A DNA stretch of 63,462 nt, filler included, from Octopus bimaculoides (GCF_001194135.2; 8 parts of 7 records of this genome joined end to end with filler, not necessarily neighbours in it); one strand, 5' to 3'; shown: positions 12,396-24,759, counted from the whole stretch's first letter. Numbers and translations are program-made. The notes: generated by a model not told the origin, from the letters alone.

Positions 12396-13438
12396 ATGAC
12401 AAATATACATTCATGCCTACATACACATCTCAGTATATACAGCTCAGTTCACCTTTATCTCTCATACTTTCCTCCCGCGGGGCCAATAAATATAGTACTA
12501 GTCATATACTAAGGTCAAAACTCCTGATTTTATGCTAAACTTAGAAAGCATTAATGTTTGTATTCGAATAATTGTCCCACGTACTCACTTAAATTTAGAA
12601 GGTTTTTAAACAGAATGCATTGAACATGTCACACCAACAGAAGTGTGTAGAGATCACTTTTTCAGTTCTTTTTATTTTATTTTATTTTATTTTTGAATGG
12701 ATAGTCTGTTAGCTTAGTTGAAGCTATCAAGCAGGTTACTAAGAATAACTTTTACTGAAAAAGTATTTGTAAATTTGTTTTGATCATTTGAAAACATCGT
12801 TCCGATATTATGATCTGACTCAACAGTTGAATAAAATTTCACCAAGAACAATAAAGTACGTTTTTGTTTTCCCAGCATGTCAATGGAATTATGTGTAAAT
12901 CTTTAATGAAACAAGATATTGTATAATTTAAATAAATGCACGTAGAAGAACCATATTCTAAAATAAGAGATACAATAAAATTGTCTATTTCGTAGCAGTA
13001 AAGAGAAAGTTAGCAGATCTTTACAGCCTATGTAAATAGCTGTAAAGATACAGACAAAGACATACATGTATACACACTGGGTGATATTCAACTTGTTCAT
13101 ATACACACGGCGGCGGACAGTCTAGGAAAGTTTCTATAGAAGTAGTTTTATTGTTATACGACAACAATAAGTAAGCAGCAATTGCTTGTATAATAAGGCT
13201 AGTCGCATCCATAGCCGAGCGATCAGACCGAAAGACGGCATCTTGAGCCAATAGTAAGAGGTTAAATCTAGTTGACTTAGGCTCGGTGCAAGGAATATTT
13301 AATATTTATTATCTCGAAATCTCTCAATTGATATATTATCTGCTTCGGGACCGGAAGCAGAAATATTAACTAATCAATGTCGTCGCCTCACTTTCTCGCT
13401 CCAACTTCAATCATGGATAATTACGTTCCTGTTTAATC

Positions 13439-13439
<1 letters not shown>

Positions 13440-13483
<44 letters not shown>

Positions 13484-13489
13484 TTGCTG

Positions 13490-13526
<37 letters not shown>

Positions 13527-13542
13527 NNNNNNNNNNCTGCTG

Positions 13543-13574
<32 letters not shown>

Positions 13575-13575
13575 G
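13440..13575. repeat. (ACT)n microsatellite with internal gap
   Basis: Read directly from the sequence. Confidence 0.95.
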
Positions 13576-14686
13576 ATTGCTCTTTCCTTCAGAATAAAAA
13601 TCAAACATTAAAAACAACAAAAAAAAACTGACACGAAGAAGACTAAAGGAATTTCCATATAGTCCTCTGAAGCAAAATAAATTTTTTAAAAATCACGACA
13701 AGAAATTTGAAATTAAAAAGAAAAAATGGGGAAAAGTCTGGTTACACTAATATTGTAGTTTGACAACGTAACCACACGTTTCCTTTTATTCAAACGCATG
13801 AAGCCGAACTGATTTAGGACTGGTCGTTACACGACTGTCTATCAGCGTTCTTTTAGCTAATACATCAAAACAACAGTTGCAAGAGAAATAGCTGACAGTA
13901 TTTTGACATTCATAGTTTTTATTGATTAAATATGCTTTTCTTTTGTTGTTTAGTTCTTGTGTTTTGTTTTATTGTTTATATACTTCTATTTTTTGCATAT
14001 TAAAACAGACATTTCAAAAAACACGAAACTTTTATTATCAGTTTTATCTTCAATCTTTTGTAATTCTTATTTTTTTATTTTTTACACACCTAAGACATTT
14101 TTAATGAATGTGATGTTTTGAATGTAATCTATCACAAGTTGGGGTAAAAAGAAAAACAGAACAAGAAAACAAAAAACATCTGTTCAACATAGATTTTTGT
14201 AGCATCAAAATGATTTTGTAACATGGCGGTAGCTTACACACCGATGACTAGTTGAACTGATTCACTCCGTATGACTCCCGCACTCCACCTGTAAGAAGAA
14301 TGAAACGATAACTTCTACGGCTACGTGACTATTCAGAATGAGACAAGCCGAGTGCGGGAAGGAGAAGGAAATATAACCAAGTAAAAAAAAAGGAAATTGT
14401 TAAAAAATTATATACAATAAGAAATAGGAGCAAAAACACAAAACAAGAGATAGGTAAAGAAAAATGAAAGGAATAAAATATACAGAGTGAAAGCTGGAAC
14501 AGTGGACAAATTATTTGATGACAGAAACACATTTCAACTTTATAAATATTTCATATTTTGCAATATAGCATTTACATACTGTATTAATATTTAAACAGAA
14601 CATCTTTCTAGAAATTATTCTCCACTTTTAGATGCAACGTAATTGTTCATAAAGAAGTGTGTGTAAGTGTGCGTGCACATATTCTT

Positions 14687-14741
<55 letters not shown>

Positions 14742-14839
14742 TACATTACGCATATATATACATATATACATACACATGGGTACAGACATATATATATACA
14801 TCTCACACATGCACATAAACACACATATACATACATACA

Positions 14840-14873
<34 letters not shown>

Positions 14874-15539
14874 CTTGCATACATACTTGCATACATATAT
14901 ACATATATCGTATGTGTGAGTATGTATGTATGTTCTCGCTTGTGAGGAAGGAGCCGGTTTCTAAGAAAAGATACATAGCTCAATCACTGGAATGTAGATA
15001 AAAACAATGTCGCTCGGTGAACTTCGGGAAATTATTGTGATATCAACCAGCGACGAGTGAAAAGACCGACATCCGGACGGTTTTCTGCTGGTCACCAAAT
15101 AATAGTTGCACATTCGATTCAAAATTTTTGCCTTTTTGTTTTCTCATATGTTACATTTAATTATGTTTTTGTATCTTTTATTTGCCTTATAGTACGCCCT
15201 TGTTCAATAAGTATATTTAGCATAATAGTCAAAGTTAGAATTTATGAAGAAATTAAGTTTTATGTCGACTTAACTTAGCCACGTAAATGTCCTCAATTTA
15301 CCGCCTTCAACAACATCCAACAACTATGAAAGGATACTGGAATCAGCATAATTTTGCTGATGCTGGATTAAGCTTATAATCTAAAGTAAGGTTTCTACTG
15401 ATATATCTGTAAAAAGTAGCGCTGTAAATGTTTGAGCCATCTTTATATTTGTAGAAGTATAAACAAAGACGTTAAAAAGTTATCTCGATGTGTAAGATAT
15501 CGCAGCGAATAAAAAATAGTTTTGTTGAGTTACTCTTCC

Positions 15540-15600
15540 ACTCTTTTACTCTTTTACTTGTTTCAGTCAACTGACTGCGGCTATGCTGGAGCACCACCTT
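15540..15600 (-). mobile_element. Solo 3' tail of family B SINE or its partner CR1/L2-group LINE
   Basis: CTCTTTTACTTGTTTCAGTCAACTGACTGCGGCTATGCTGGAGCACCACCTT matches the family B tail. Confidence 0.8.
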
Positions 15601-15809
15601 AAAATGTAAAGTTAGAATCTTCGCTAATAAAAGAAACTTGAAAATCACAATTTGAAAAACAAAATTATCAAAATTATAATGTATCATTTTTTTCTAAACA
15701 GCATAAACTTTAATAATTGCCCTCTTTTAGTAAAAGTTACATACTTCAAGTTAATTAATAAGAAACTCTATTATAGAATAGACTTATTGAAAATCTCCTA
15801 CATGTTAAT

Positions 15810-16318
15810 TTAAGTGGCGAGTATATTATGCTACCCTGGTGTTTGGTGACAACGAATCTCTTCAAATCTCAAGTGCTTTCCCATAGGATTCTTACAGATT
15901 GCAATATGGCACTTTCCTGTAGAAATCGACAATGCAAGTCCCAATTCCAATATCCCTCGGTCTCTTAGGTAGCAATTTGGACGTTCAACTGATTGCACCA
16001 ATTATCACAGGAACAATTTTCACCTTTGTTGTGTTCCTAACTCTTCATCACTCTTGCTAGATCCTTATATTTCTCTATTTTCTCAATTACTTTAATATCT
16101 ACTCTACTTTCATATGCAGTGCAAAGTCAATGGTCTTGTACTGTCTTTATTTTGTTTTTGTTTTTTGTTGTTTCTTTTTTCTCTTATAATTTCCTTGCTT
16201 CAATAAATGGCCAGTCTCTAGGGAGAAATTCCATAAAATCTTGTAATTACCATTCANNNNNNNNNNACCATTCACCATGACAACTTCTGGCTCGTGTTCA
16301 TACCTCACATACCCGCCA
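15810..16318 (-). mobile_element. R4/Dong-type LINE 3' end
   Basis: YEHEPEVVM...NGNYKILWNFSLETGH; KYKDLAR; IVPVIIGA; LQESAILQSVRIL motifs in broken frames. Confidence 0.75.
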
Positions 16319-16343
16319 ATCACCATCATCATCATCATCATCA

Positions 16344-16413
<70 letters not shown>

Positions 16414-16429
16414 CATTATTATTATTATC

Positions 16430-17645
16430 CAGTAGTCTTATTTTTATCATGTGCTTTCACTGCACAGCCGAGCGCAGCTTTGTGTGCCTTCGGTATGTGC
16501 TGTGGTTTGTTGTGGTGCTCTTATTTTCACTGTATTGAAAGTGTTTTACCAACTATGTTTGCGGTGCCTAGTAGTATTATTTTCTGGTGTTATATATACT
16601 TGTAAGTCCTGGTGTTTTTGCTGTTATTTGTCTGAATGTTGTTTTTTTTTATCATACCTAATGCGCCTACTATGATAGGGATTGTGCCTGTTTTTAGACT
16701 CTACAGTCGAGTTACTTCTATTTCCAGAAAATTGTATTTTGAAAGTTCCTCCGTTTCTTTTAGAGAAACATTGTCATCTGTTGGTAATGATACATCGATA
16801 AAAAGCAGCTTTTTTTCCTTCGTGATCTCTGACAACTATGTCCGGCCTATTGGCCTTAATTTCTTTATCTGTGTGTATTGGCATATCCCAGAGTATAGCT
16901 GCTTTCTCATTTTCTGTGACCTTTTCTGGCGTGTACCTATACCATCTTTTTTTCTGTTATTATTCCATAGTGTTGGCATAACTTCCAGTGTATATGGGTC
17001 CCAACTCTGTCGTGTCTGTGAATATATTCCTTCTTAGCCAGAGCTGCGCAGTCAGAGACAACATGATTTATTGTTTCTTGTCCAACACCACATATTCTAC
17101 TGTTACTTGTATTTCTTTTCAATACATGTTGTTGATAATTTCTGGTGGGAAGGCTTTGATCTTGTGCTGCAATTAAAAATTCTTCACTCTCTGCTTTGAG
17201 TTCTGAGCTTCTCAGCCATTGTTGGGATTTTGCCTTCTCTATTTCTTTTCTGTTTAGCTTAATCCAATATTTGCCATGAAGGGGCTTTTCTTGCCATCGT
17301 TTTATCATGATCCGTGGCTGTTTCAGTTTTAGTTTGGATTTCAGTTGTTTTACAGCTTTTGTTGTTTCTTCTTTTTCTTCATAGATGTTAAGTAATATGA
17401 CTTCTTTTTTGCATGTCAGCTTCCTTAAAGATTAAAAACAGTCTTTTTTGTTCGTGTTTTGTGGCTATTTGTGTTAGTTTTCTTTTACTTTTGATATAGG
17501 TGTTTCTGTAGTCTTATGGTGGTCATTTTGTAATAGTTTTCTTGCTGTATAAGGCTTCTACCACCTTCGATACGTTGTATATATAGCCTTTCTATGTCAG
17601 ATTTTGGGTGGTACATCCTAAATCCGGTCTTTATTTTTCTTGTAC
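16430..17645 (-). mobile_element. R4/Dong-type LINE, 5'-truncated, with (TAA)n tail at 16345-16428
   Basis: HPKSDIERLYIQRIEGGRSL; WQEKPLHGKY; AAQDQSLPTRNY; RICGVGQETINHVVSDC; RHDRVGTHIHWKLC. Confidence 0.9.
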
Positions 17646-17669
17646 TCCTGTCTATTATGATTTACTATT

Positions 17670-18395
17670 ATTTCTTATTACTTTTAATCTGCACGCTTGT
17701 TACTATCATTTTCCGAAGCACACACCGTGTCCTGAGGCGAGTGTAGGATGTTACAGTATGACAGAAAGCTTGGGGAAGGGAAGTAGAGAAATATCTTCAC
17801 ATAATACAACACAGACATTTAAATAGAAAGGGCTTTTCTAAGCATGTGGGCAGTATTTGTCAGTACATTCTCTTGGATTTCTCTGAGACATGGTTCTCCT
17901 GAGATCTTATCTAGATGTTTCTGACATTCCTTTCTTACCATACCTAGGGCACCCACAATAACAGGAACAGGTCTCGCTTTAAGATGCCATATCTTTTTTA
18001 TTTCAATTTCTAGGTGCTTATATTTACTTAGTTTGTCAATTTCTTTTACAGATATATTTATATCAGTGGGAACACTTACATCTTGTAGTCTACAAGTATT
18101 TTCTTCCTTGTCTTTAATGACTATTTCTGGTCGATTAGACTGGATCGTTCTGTTGATGTTGACTGGAAAATCCCAGAGTATAGTGACATTTTTACTTTCA
18201 ACGACTGGCTCAGGATGACGTTCATACCTGTAAGCAGGAGCGCTGAGTTTGAAGTGTTTACATATTTTCCAGTGTAAATACTGTCCTACCCCATCGTGGC
18301 GATTTTTGTATTCGTTTGGTGGCAGCACAGAATATCTCGAGACGAGATGGTCTTTTGTTTCGTCAAATGTGTCGCATAATCTGCATTTAGGGTCG
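17670..18395 (-). mobile_element. R4/Dong-type LINE 3' part (zinc knuckle plus RLE plus 3' UTR)
   Basis: CRLCDTFDETKDHL; RHDGVGQYLHWKIC; ILWDFPV...NRPEIVIKDK...DVSVP...KLSKYKHLEIEI; 3' UTR homologous to 39440-39620. Confidence 0.92.
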
Positions 18396-18525
18396 ACTTT
18401 GTCTTTCATCCTTTCGGGGTCGATTAAATAAGTACCAGTTACGCACTGAGGTGGACGTAATCGACTTAATCTCTTCCCCCAAATCTGAGGCTTTGTACTT
18501 CCAGTAGAAAGTATTATTATTGTTA
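18390..18525 (+). mobile_element. Family A SINE, 5'-truncated
   Basis: GGTCGACTTTGTCTTTCATCCTTTCGGGGTCGAT...AGTAGAAAGTATTATT matches 2880-3001. Confidence 0.85.
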
Positions 18526-19974
18526 TAAAATTAGTGGAATCGGTGAAACAACTGTTGTTTAACGTACGTGTTAGAATCCTCACCCGATATACGTATTTCT
18601 TATTGAAATTCTCGGCCGGAAATGATAGATCGCTAATGGGTTTGGCTCGTTCATCGTTACAAAAAAAACCCATCACGAATGAAACGTTTTAAAGTGCTTA
18701 TTACATCAGAAGACTGCTGCCTCTTTGTTAAGTAAACGTGCTGTTGGGCTAAACGTTGATGGAAGATAGTTTTAATTAAAATAATGATCGTAATAATCAC
18801 TTTGGTGATATGTTGTACAAAAAGCGGTAGGAAAAGATGACTACAAGCGATTTTTTTTTCTAACGTAACACTTTCGGAAAACACAAGGATCATACTGATT
18901 TTAGAAATTAATAAATGAATTTCTAACCTGAAGACAAGACAATTGAAGTTTTTCGAGTAATATCAACATCAACAGAAAAGTACTCAGGATTTTTTGCTGT
19001 TGCTGTTGTTGGTGGTGTTGGTAGTGGATTTCTTCTTTTCTTTTTTTGCTTTTTGTTGGGGTTTTTTTCTGGTAATATTTTTCGAATTTTGTTTCAGAAT
19101 GAAAACTAAACGGTGATTTTTATCTCATAACTACAAAAGAAACATAGACAAATCTAAACCGACAAGAAACTGGCAGGTTCATATGTCATAACTACAGAGT
19201 TGTTATCTACGTATTACTATCTTATAGTGGTGCCAATTTTCAAAGGCAGTTTCTTCAGAAAAAATATCATAATAACAATAATAATAAACATATGAATGAA
19301 ATGAAACAATGTAGATTTTTAATCATACCGACATATGTATTATTTCTCACGTCTTTCGTTGCTAATCTCATTGTTCTAACTTTTTCTCTCTCTTTTTTTT
19401 TTTTGTTCTTGTTTTTGATGGGTATGTTGATGTAAGATAGATTTCTTCAAAAAGAACCGTCAAGCATATTATAATATACTTAGTTCCACTCAAGTATCTT
19501 TGGTATGTAAGTAAAAGATAGTTTTCATCTTAACAGAACATTGGTGTTCTGTTAAAAAGAAATATTTGAATGATAAACAGAAGCTACACACACCAATAAT
19601 ATCAGCGACATCGAATAAAGAAAAATACAAAATAAGTTAAATTTATTTGAAACGATAGAAATCGTATCCGGAGTTGTTACCATGGCTACCAGAGATCAGA
19701 CTCGCTCTTCACCCTCCTCTTCTGCACATCTAATCTTTTTGACTAGATGAACTATCGTTAGTTCTCTTGCTTGTTCCAACTAAAAATAATTTTCATTACA
19801 CCTAATGACGTTTTCATATCATTACTTTTATTATTTTTTAAAATTTTTCTCTCACGATCCCGAGGGTTAATAAGGACGAGTATCTAGTTTCCATGACGCA
19901 TAACTAACCGAAATCAGAACATTCCCTTCAACGGACAACGTTTCTTTTTTTATTTATATATTTATTTATTTTTT

Positions 19975-20115
19975 TGTGGAACGGGACAAGTCGATTATAT
20001 CGACCCAAGTACTTGGGTAGTTTCTTATTTTTATTGATCACTAATGAATGAAAATCGTAAAGTGGCGGAAGAAATGCCGCTAAGTATTTTATCCGACGTG
20101 CTAACGTTTCTGTTA
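19975..20115 (-). mobile_element. Family A SINE, degenerate
   Basis: GAAATGCCGCTAAGTATTTTATCCGACGTGCTAACGTTTCTG is the reverse complement of the family A head. Confidence 0.7.
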
Positions 20116-20198
20116 ACACATCACCTTTTAGTAGAAGATTAATGTTGTATTACGGTAATCACTCGACAATCGTAGATGTTACGTTCCAGCATACACAC

Positions 20199-20257
<59 letters not shown>

Positions 20258-20584
20258 TACACATACACACACACACACACCCGCGAAAGGTGAAAGTCCA
20301 CGAAGAAGAAATAGTACTGTCCTGTATATATATATATATATATATTTAATTTTTATAGTTTGTATATATTTCTAATATTATAAATGCAAAACAACACCAC
20401 AGAAGAATCGACGTAAGCTTAAATAATAAACCGTGATAGGTGAATCGCGATATAGTGAGTGATTACTGTAATTATAAATTATTTTCGGTTCTCCACCGTA
20501 AGTATGGTAGCCTGCACTTAACTATACAAATAATTATACATTGATTGCTTATTATGTAACGCAAGGTGCATGTATTCTTTTACG

Positions 20585-21150
20585 TTTTCTTTTACTTTTA
20601 CTGGTTTTAGCCTAAGACTGGGGTCATGCTGGAGCACCGCCTTTCATTGTTTTAGAGTTTCCTTTCGGTACTGTTTTTGGTGAAGAAGCGAGTTGGACGA
20701 AGCTGCTCTTCTTTGTGCCTCCTGCCGCGATGTGGGTTCACCTGGGATTTCAGACAGTAATTTGTCCAGGTACTTTTTGAACGTTTCCACATCTACACCT
20801 TCCATATCTCTTAGGTTCCTTGGCAGGATGTTAAACAGATGTGGTTCCCTGAAATCCAAGCTGTTGCAATACCGGGTCCTTACCTGACCTGAAGAAGACG
20901 GTTTCGTTCGTATTATGTAGTGCCGTCCAGTTCGGTGGTTGGTATAGCTTTAAATTCCAAAGCTGGGACCTAGACCTTCCAGGATCTTCCATATGTATAT
21001 CACTTCATGCCTTTCTCGCCTTCTCTCCAGGGAGTAGAACTTCAGTTCTTGTAGCCTCTCCCAGTAGCTCATATGTTTCACCGAGTCAATCTTCTTCGTG
21101 TAGTGGCACTGGGCTGCCTCAAGATCCGCCACTAGTTTAACTCCTGATAT
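20585..21150 (-). mobile_element. CR1/L2-group LINE 3' end with short 3' UTR
   Basis: LEAAQCHYTKKI...SYWERLQELKFYSLERRRER...IWKILEGL; FNILPRNLR...FKKYLDKLLSEIPGEP...RAASSNSLLHQ; stop at 20644 followed by about 55 nt of UTR ending in AGTAAA repeats. Confidence 0.85.
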
Positions 21151-21165
21151 ATATATCAGGAGTTC

Positions 21166-21900
21166 CACTATCCACACTGCCCTTGCCAGGGCACTTCCGT
21201 GGACCGTTCCTCTGCTCTTTCTCCCCGCACGCGCCACGCCATTGCCTGTCTCCCGTTTCCCCTCACCTACCACCCCTCCACACTGCCCCTGCACGCACCA
21301 TTCTCTGAGCCCTGAGGCGACTCCACTCCGACCCATCCTCCTTGCACATCTTCCCCAACCTACCCCTTCCCTCCTTCTAACGAACCCATAACCTGCGTGA
21401 CCTCCTGGTCCACAGTTTCTTCCCTAACCCCACCTCCTAGTCTGGCTCGTTCCTCTGCTCCCGCCCACGCTGCTGTACTTGCTGCTGCCTCTCCAGCACC
21501 ACCATTCTCACAGGCACCCATCATCGTCCCTATCAAATCACCAACACCTTTACCTGCACTTCTAGTAACGTCATTTACTGCATCTCCTGCTCTTTCTGCC
21601 CTTCCCTGTACATCGGTCAAACCGGACGCTTCTTGGCTGACCGGTTCGAAGAGCATCTCCGAGATATCAGACTCAGTAATGACACCTCGGCCTCGCACCG
21701 TTTCCGCTCTTCTGGTCATTCACTACAACATCTGTCTGTGTTCGGACAGTCTTTACACAGAGGCCATCCAGACTCCCGACATTAATCTTCTCCCATCGCT
21801 CCTTTGCGCCACAAGGGCTCAACTCCCCTCCTCTCTTCATCTGACACTTCTCGCTTCGCACTTACCTATCTCCTCTCTTCATCGATACCACCCCCACCCA
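21166..21900 (+). mobile_element. Penelope-like element fragment, second copy of the 9.5 kb family
   Basis: Colinear with 9546-10260 (GCCCTTGCCAG; TCCCGTTTCCCCTCACCTACC; GTGACCTCCTGGTCCACAGTTTC; TACATCGGTCAAAC); terminal HRSFAPQGLNSPPLFI*; multiple frameshifts. Confidence 0.9.
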
Positions 21901-22542
21901 TGTATCTGTGCGTGTGTGTCAGTGTATGTTTGTGTCAGTGTGTGTGAGTGTTCTTAATTATATGATCTACATATCCTATAATTCAGCATAGAAGTGATGC
22001 CACGTTTGACATGTATGTTCATTCATTACATTACGAATGACAACAAAGCAAATATTTACATATGCGGTCAGGGCGTTAATGTATGATAGCACTAACTGCT
22101 TATCATAGCTGAAAATACCTAAATCTTCAAATGTACTGATTTGTGTGAACATATTTCTGCTCTGTTGCATTTCCTTTTTCTCTTAAACTATAGCTTACCC
22201 AGGATATATATTATATATTGTGTAGAGAACGAGGTCGTGTACTTAATATCCGTATATTTTACAACACAAAGCAAACAGCAAACTATTTTGTTTACTCATC
22301 ATTGGTAAAAGAAAATATCAACTTCCTATCTTCAAGACTTTCAGAGATCCTACATCAGACCTTCAAATAAGTTGTGAAACAATCATGAAAATGCAACATA
22401 ACGGCAGCATCCAAATTTCCAGGAACTGGTTATTTTAAAGGGTGGAAAAAATATTGTAGTGATGCAGAATATTATATCATATTATATATGTACATATGCA
22501 CACCACACACACACACACACACGTATATATATATATATATAC

Positions 22543-22670
22543 CTAAAAGACGAAGACAGGTGGTTTAGACAACAAACAAATGTATTAGTTTAATGCTCGG
22601 GAAATGAAAAAGTCTTTAACGTTTCGAGCCTACACTCTTCCACAGAAAAGAACACAGAAAGAAACATACA
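22543..22670 (-). mobile_element. Short PLE-terminal-like repeat carrying a hammerhead motif, inserted in (TA)n
   Basis: Nearly identical to 47500-47615; flanked by (TA)n and (CATA)n. Confidence 0.8.
22614..22648 (-). ncRNA. Minimal type I hammerhead ribozyme motif (A6U variant)
   Basis: Minus RNA: UUU CUGUGGA A GAGU-GUAG-GCUC GAAA C GUU AAAG; stem I UUU/AAA, stem II with one U.G pair, palindromic stem III AACGUU. Confidence 0.65.
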
Positions 22671-22674
22671 TACA

Positions 22675-22705
<31 letters not shown>

Positions 22706-22818
22706 GTATATATATAATATACTTTTAATGCGACAGCTCTATGTAAAATATAGTCAACAACGTTGACTGATTTGCGCTAGTAGATTGCCAGATCGTGGAA
22801 ATTACCGAAATATTAGCG

Positions 22819-22854
<36 letters not shown>

Positions 22855-22949
22855 NNNNNNNNNNNNNNNNNNNNNNNNNNNNNNNNNNNNNNNNNNNNNN
22901 NNNNNNNNNNNNNNNNNNNNNNNNNNNNNNNNNNNNNNTATATATATGC

Positions 22950-23120
22950 ATATATGAGTACAGGACGTCACCAACAGTAAGCAACATGAAATTCTCACAA
23001 GGAATTGGTCAGCCCTGAGCTATAGTAGAAGATACTTGTTGAAGGTACTGCGTAGTAAAACTGAACTCGAAAGCGCAGGATTGCAAAGCAAGCTTCTTAA
23101 TCACACACTCATACCTGCGC
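22950..23120 (-). mobile_element. Family B SINE 5' head (tRNA region plus CORE), degenerate
   Basis: GCTATAGTAGAAGATACTTG...AAGGT...CTGAACTC...GCAAGCTTCTTAATCACAC is the reverse complement of the head. Confidence 0.65.
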
Positions 23121-24224
23121 CTTGTACACTCGTTTCATTTTGTTGGGAGCACTTAGAGCAGTTACATAAACGCCGTCTCGTCTTCGAACCGTGAAGCTGT
23201 CTTTCTGTCAATCAATGAAGGTAAAACAAAGAGAAATTATGGAACTATGAGGAGTCGCTTGAGTAGAGGTGAAAGGTATTGTTTTTTCGGTAGTAAACAA
23301 TAGCGAAGTGGTTTCTGCGTATTTAGTTTTTTCGTGTTTGAGTTTTGTTTTTTAATATATGGTTTCCATTTACTTCCATTCTTTTTCTTCCCTCATTGTT
23401 TTTATTCCGCTCCATTTTTTTTCGCTCCCCACCGCCGTTTTTCAAAATTATTACAAATAAACACAGCATATTCAACACAGCATATTCAACACACCCTATA
23501 CAAGCTACCATTTTCAACGAATTATTCAAATTTTCCAAATTCACCAAATTATCAATTTTTAACAAGTTCACAGCCAGCCGTTACAATCGAATATCCGCTT
23601 CTAAAATTTAATTTTAACCACTTTAAAAATTTTGGAATTTAAATTGAAATTTTGAATATAAATTTAACCTAATCAATATTCCAATATTTTTTACATTATT
23701 AAATTACCTTTCGTTAAAAATTATTACGTCTCAAAATACTATAGAAAGATCAATATATTCCCAATTGATCGTAATCTATTTCAATAGAATTTATATCGAA
23801 ATCTACATTTAGAGATGATAATATATATCTTGGTTTATCATAATCCATTCTAATATAATCTACGTCTAAAATACATCGCAAAAACAATTGTATGCCGTAG
23901 TAAGAAAGTAAAGATATAATCCATTTCAATAAAAGTTATATTTAAAATACACTCCCAAAATAAATATATGCCATTATAAGAAAGTAAACTTACATTCTAT
24001 TGTATTAAAAACACCATTCAAACAATATAAAATAAAATAATTAAAAACCACCAAAACAAGTACATAATTCCCCATTGTTTTCTATAACAATACCTCACAC
24101 CTCTACATAAGCAATTCCCTCCTACATCCATGATTTCTTTTTTCTTTTCCTTGATTGATTGACACAAAGACAGTTATACATTAGAAGGCAAGACTGCTTT
24201 TATTTTACTGTTTGAAGAAGTTTA

Positions 24225-24410
24225 TTGGCGGTATTGTTAGAACGTCGGAAAATGCAATGCAGTATTTCTTCCGGCTCCTTACATTCAGAGTTCAAATCCT
24301 GATGAGATCTACTTTGCTTGTAACCCCCGCCTGGGGTCGATAAACTAGCGTACCAGTCAAGTAATAAGATTAATGCGATCGGTTTACACTCAGATCTCAA
24401 AAATGCTTAC
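24225..24410 (+). mobile_element. Family A SINE, degenerate
   Basis: TTAGAACGTCGGAAAATGC...GAGTTCAAATCC...GGGGTCGATAAA. Confidence 0.65.
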
Positions 24411-24759
24411 CTTGGAAAGTACAAGACGACGTCCCGTTCAATGTTGTGATCGTGGACACTTATACGCCATGGAAGCCAAGTAACTAACCTTGAGTCCTAT
24501 AACTTAAAAGAAATTCCCGTGCGGAATTCTAAAAGGTCAGGAAATATGCCTTGCAGAATCTGTTCCTGGCGTTTGCTTTCTCACAGTAGCGTTTGCGACA
24601 ACATTGGAACCAAGGTGTATGGGCAGAAGGTGGAGTCGTTTTCCTTGAATAAAACATTGGTGGCATGGAGATGATAGACTTTCATACACGAGAAACTGCT
24701 AGTCTTCCTGAAAAACAGTATGATCTGCATTGAATGATCTGTAAAAGAAACCATGGTGT

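Noticed and set aside
17819-18676. 285-aa ORF as a gene
   Set aside because: Chimera of unique sequence, antisense SINE and R4 endonuclease.
19530-19555. 11-bp palindrome TTAACAGAACA-TTGG-TGTTCTGTTAA resembling a steroid response element
   Set aside because: Spacer is 4 nt rather than 3, it is isolated, and such hairpins are plausible by chance in AT-rich DNA.
23570-24130. Mitochondrial insertion (NUMT)
   Set aside because: AT richness and skew look mitochondrial, but I could not recognise any mitochondrial gene, tRNA or rRNA motif.
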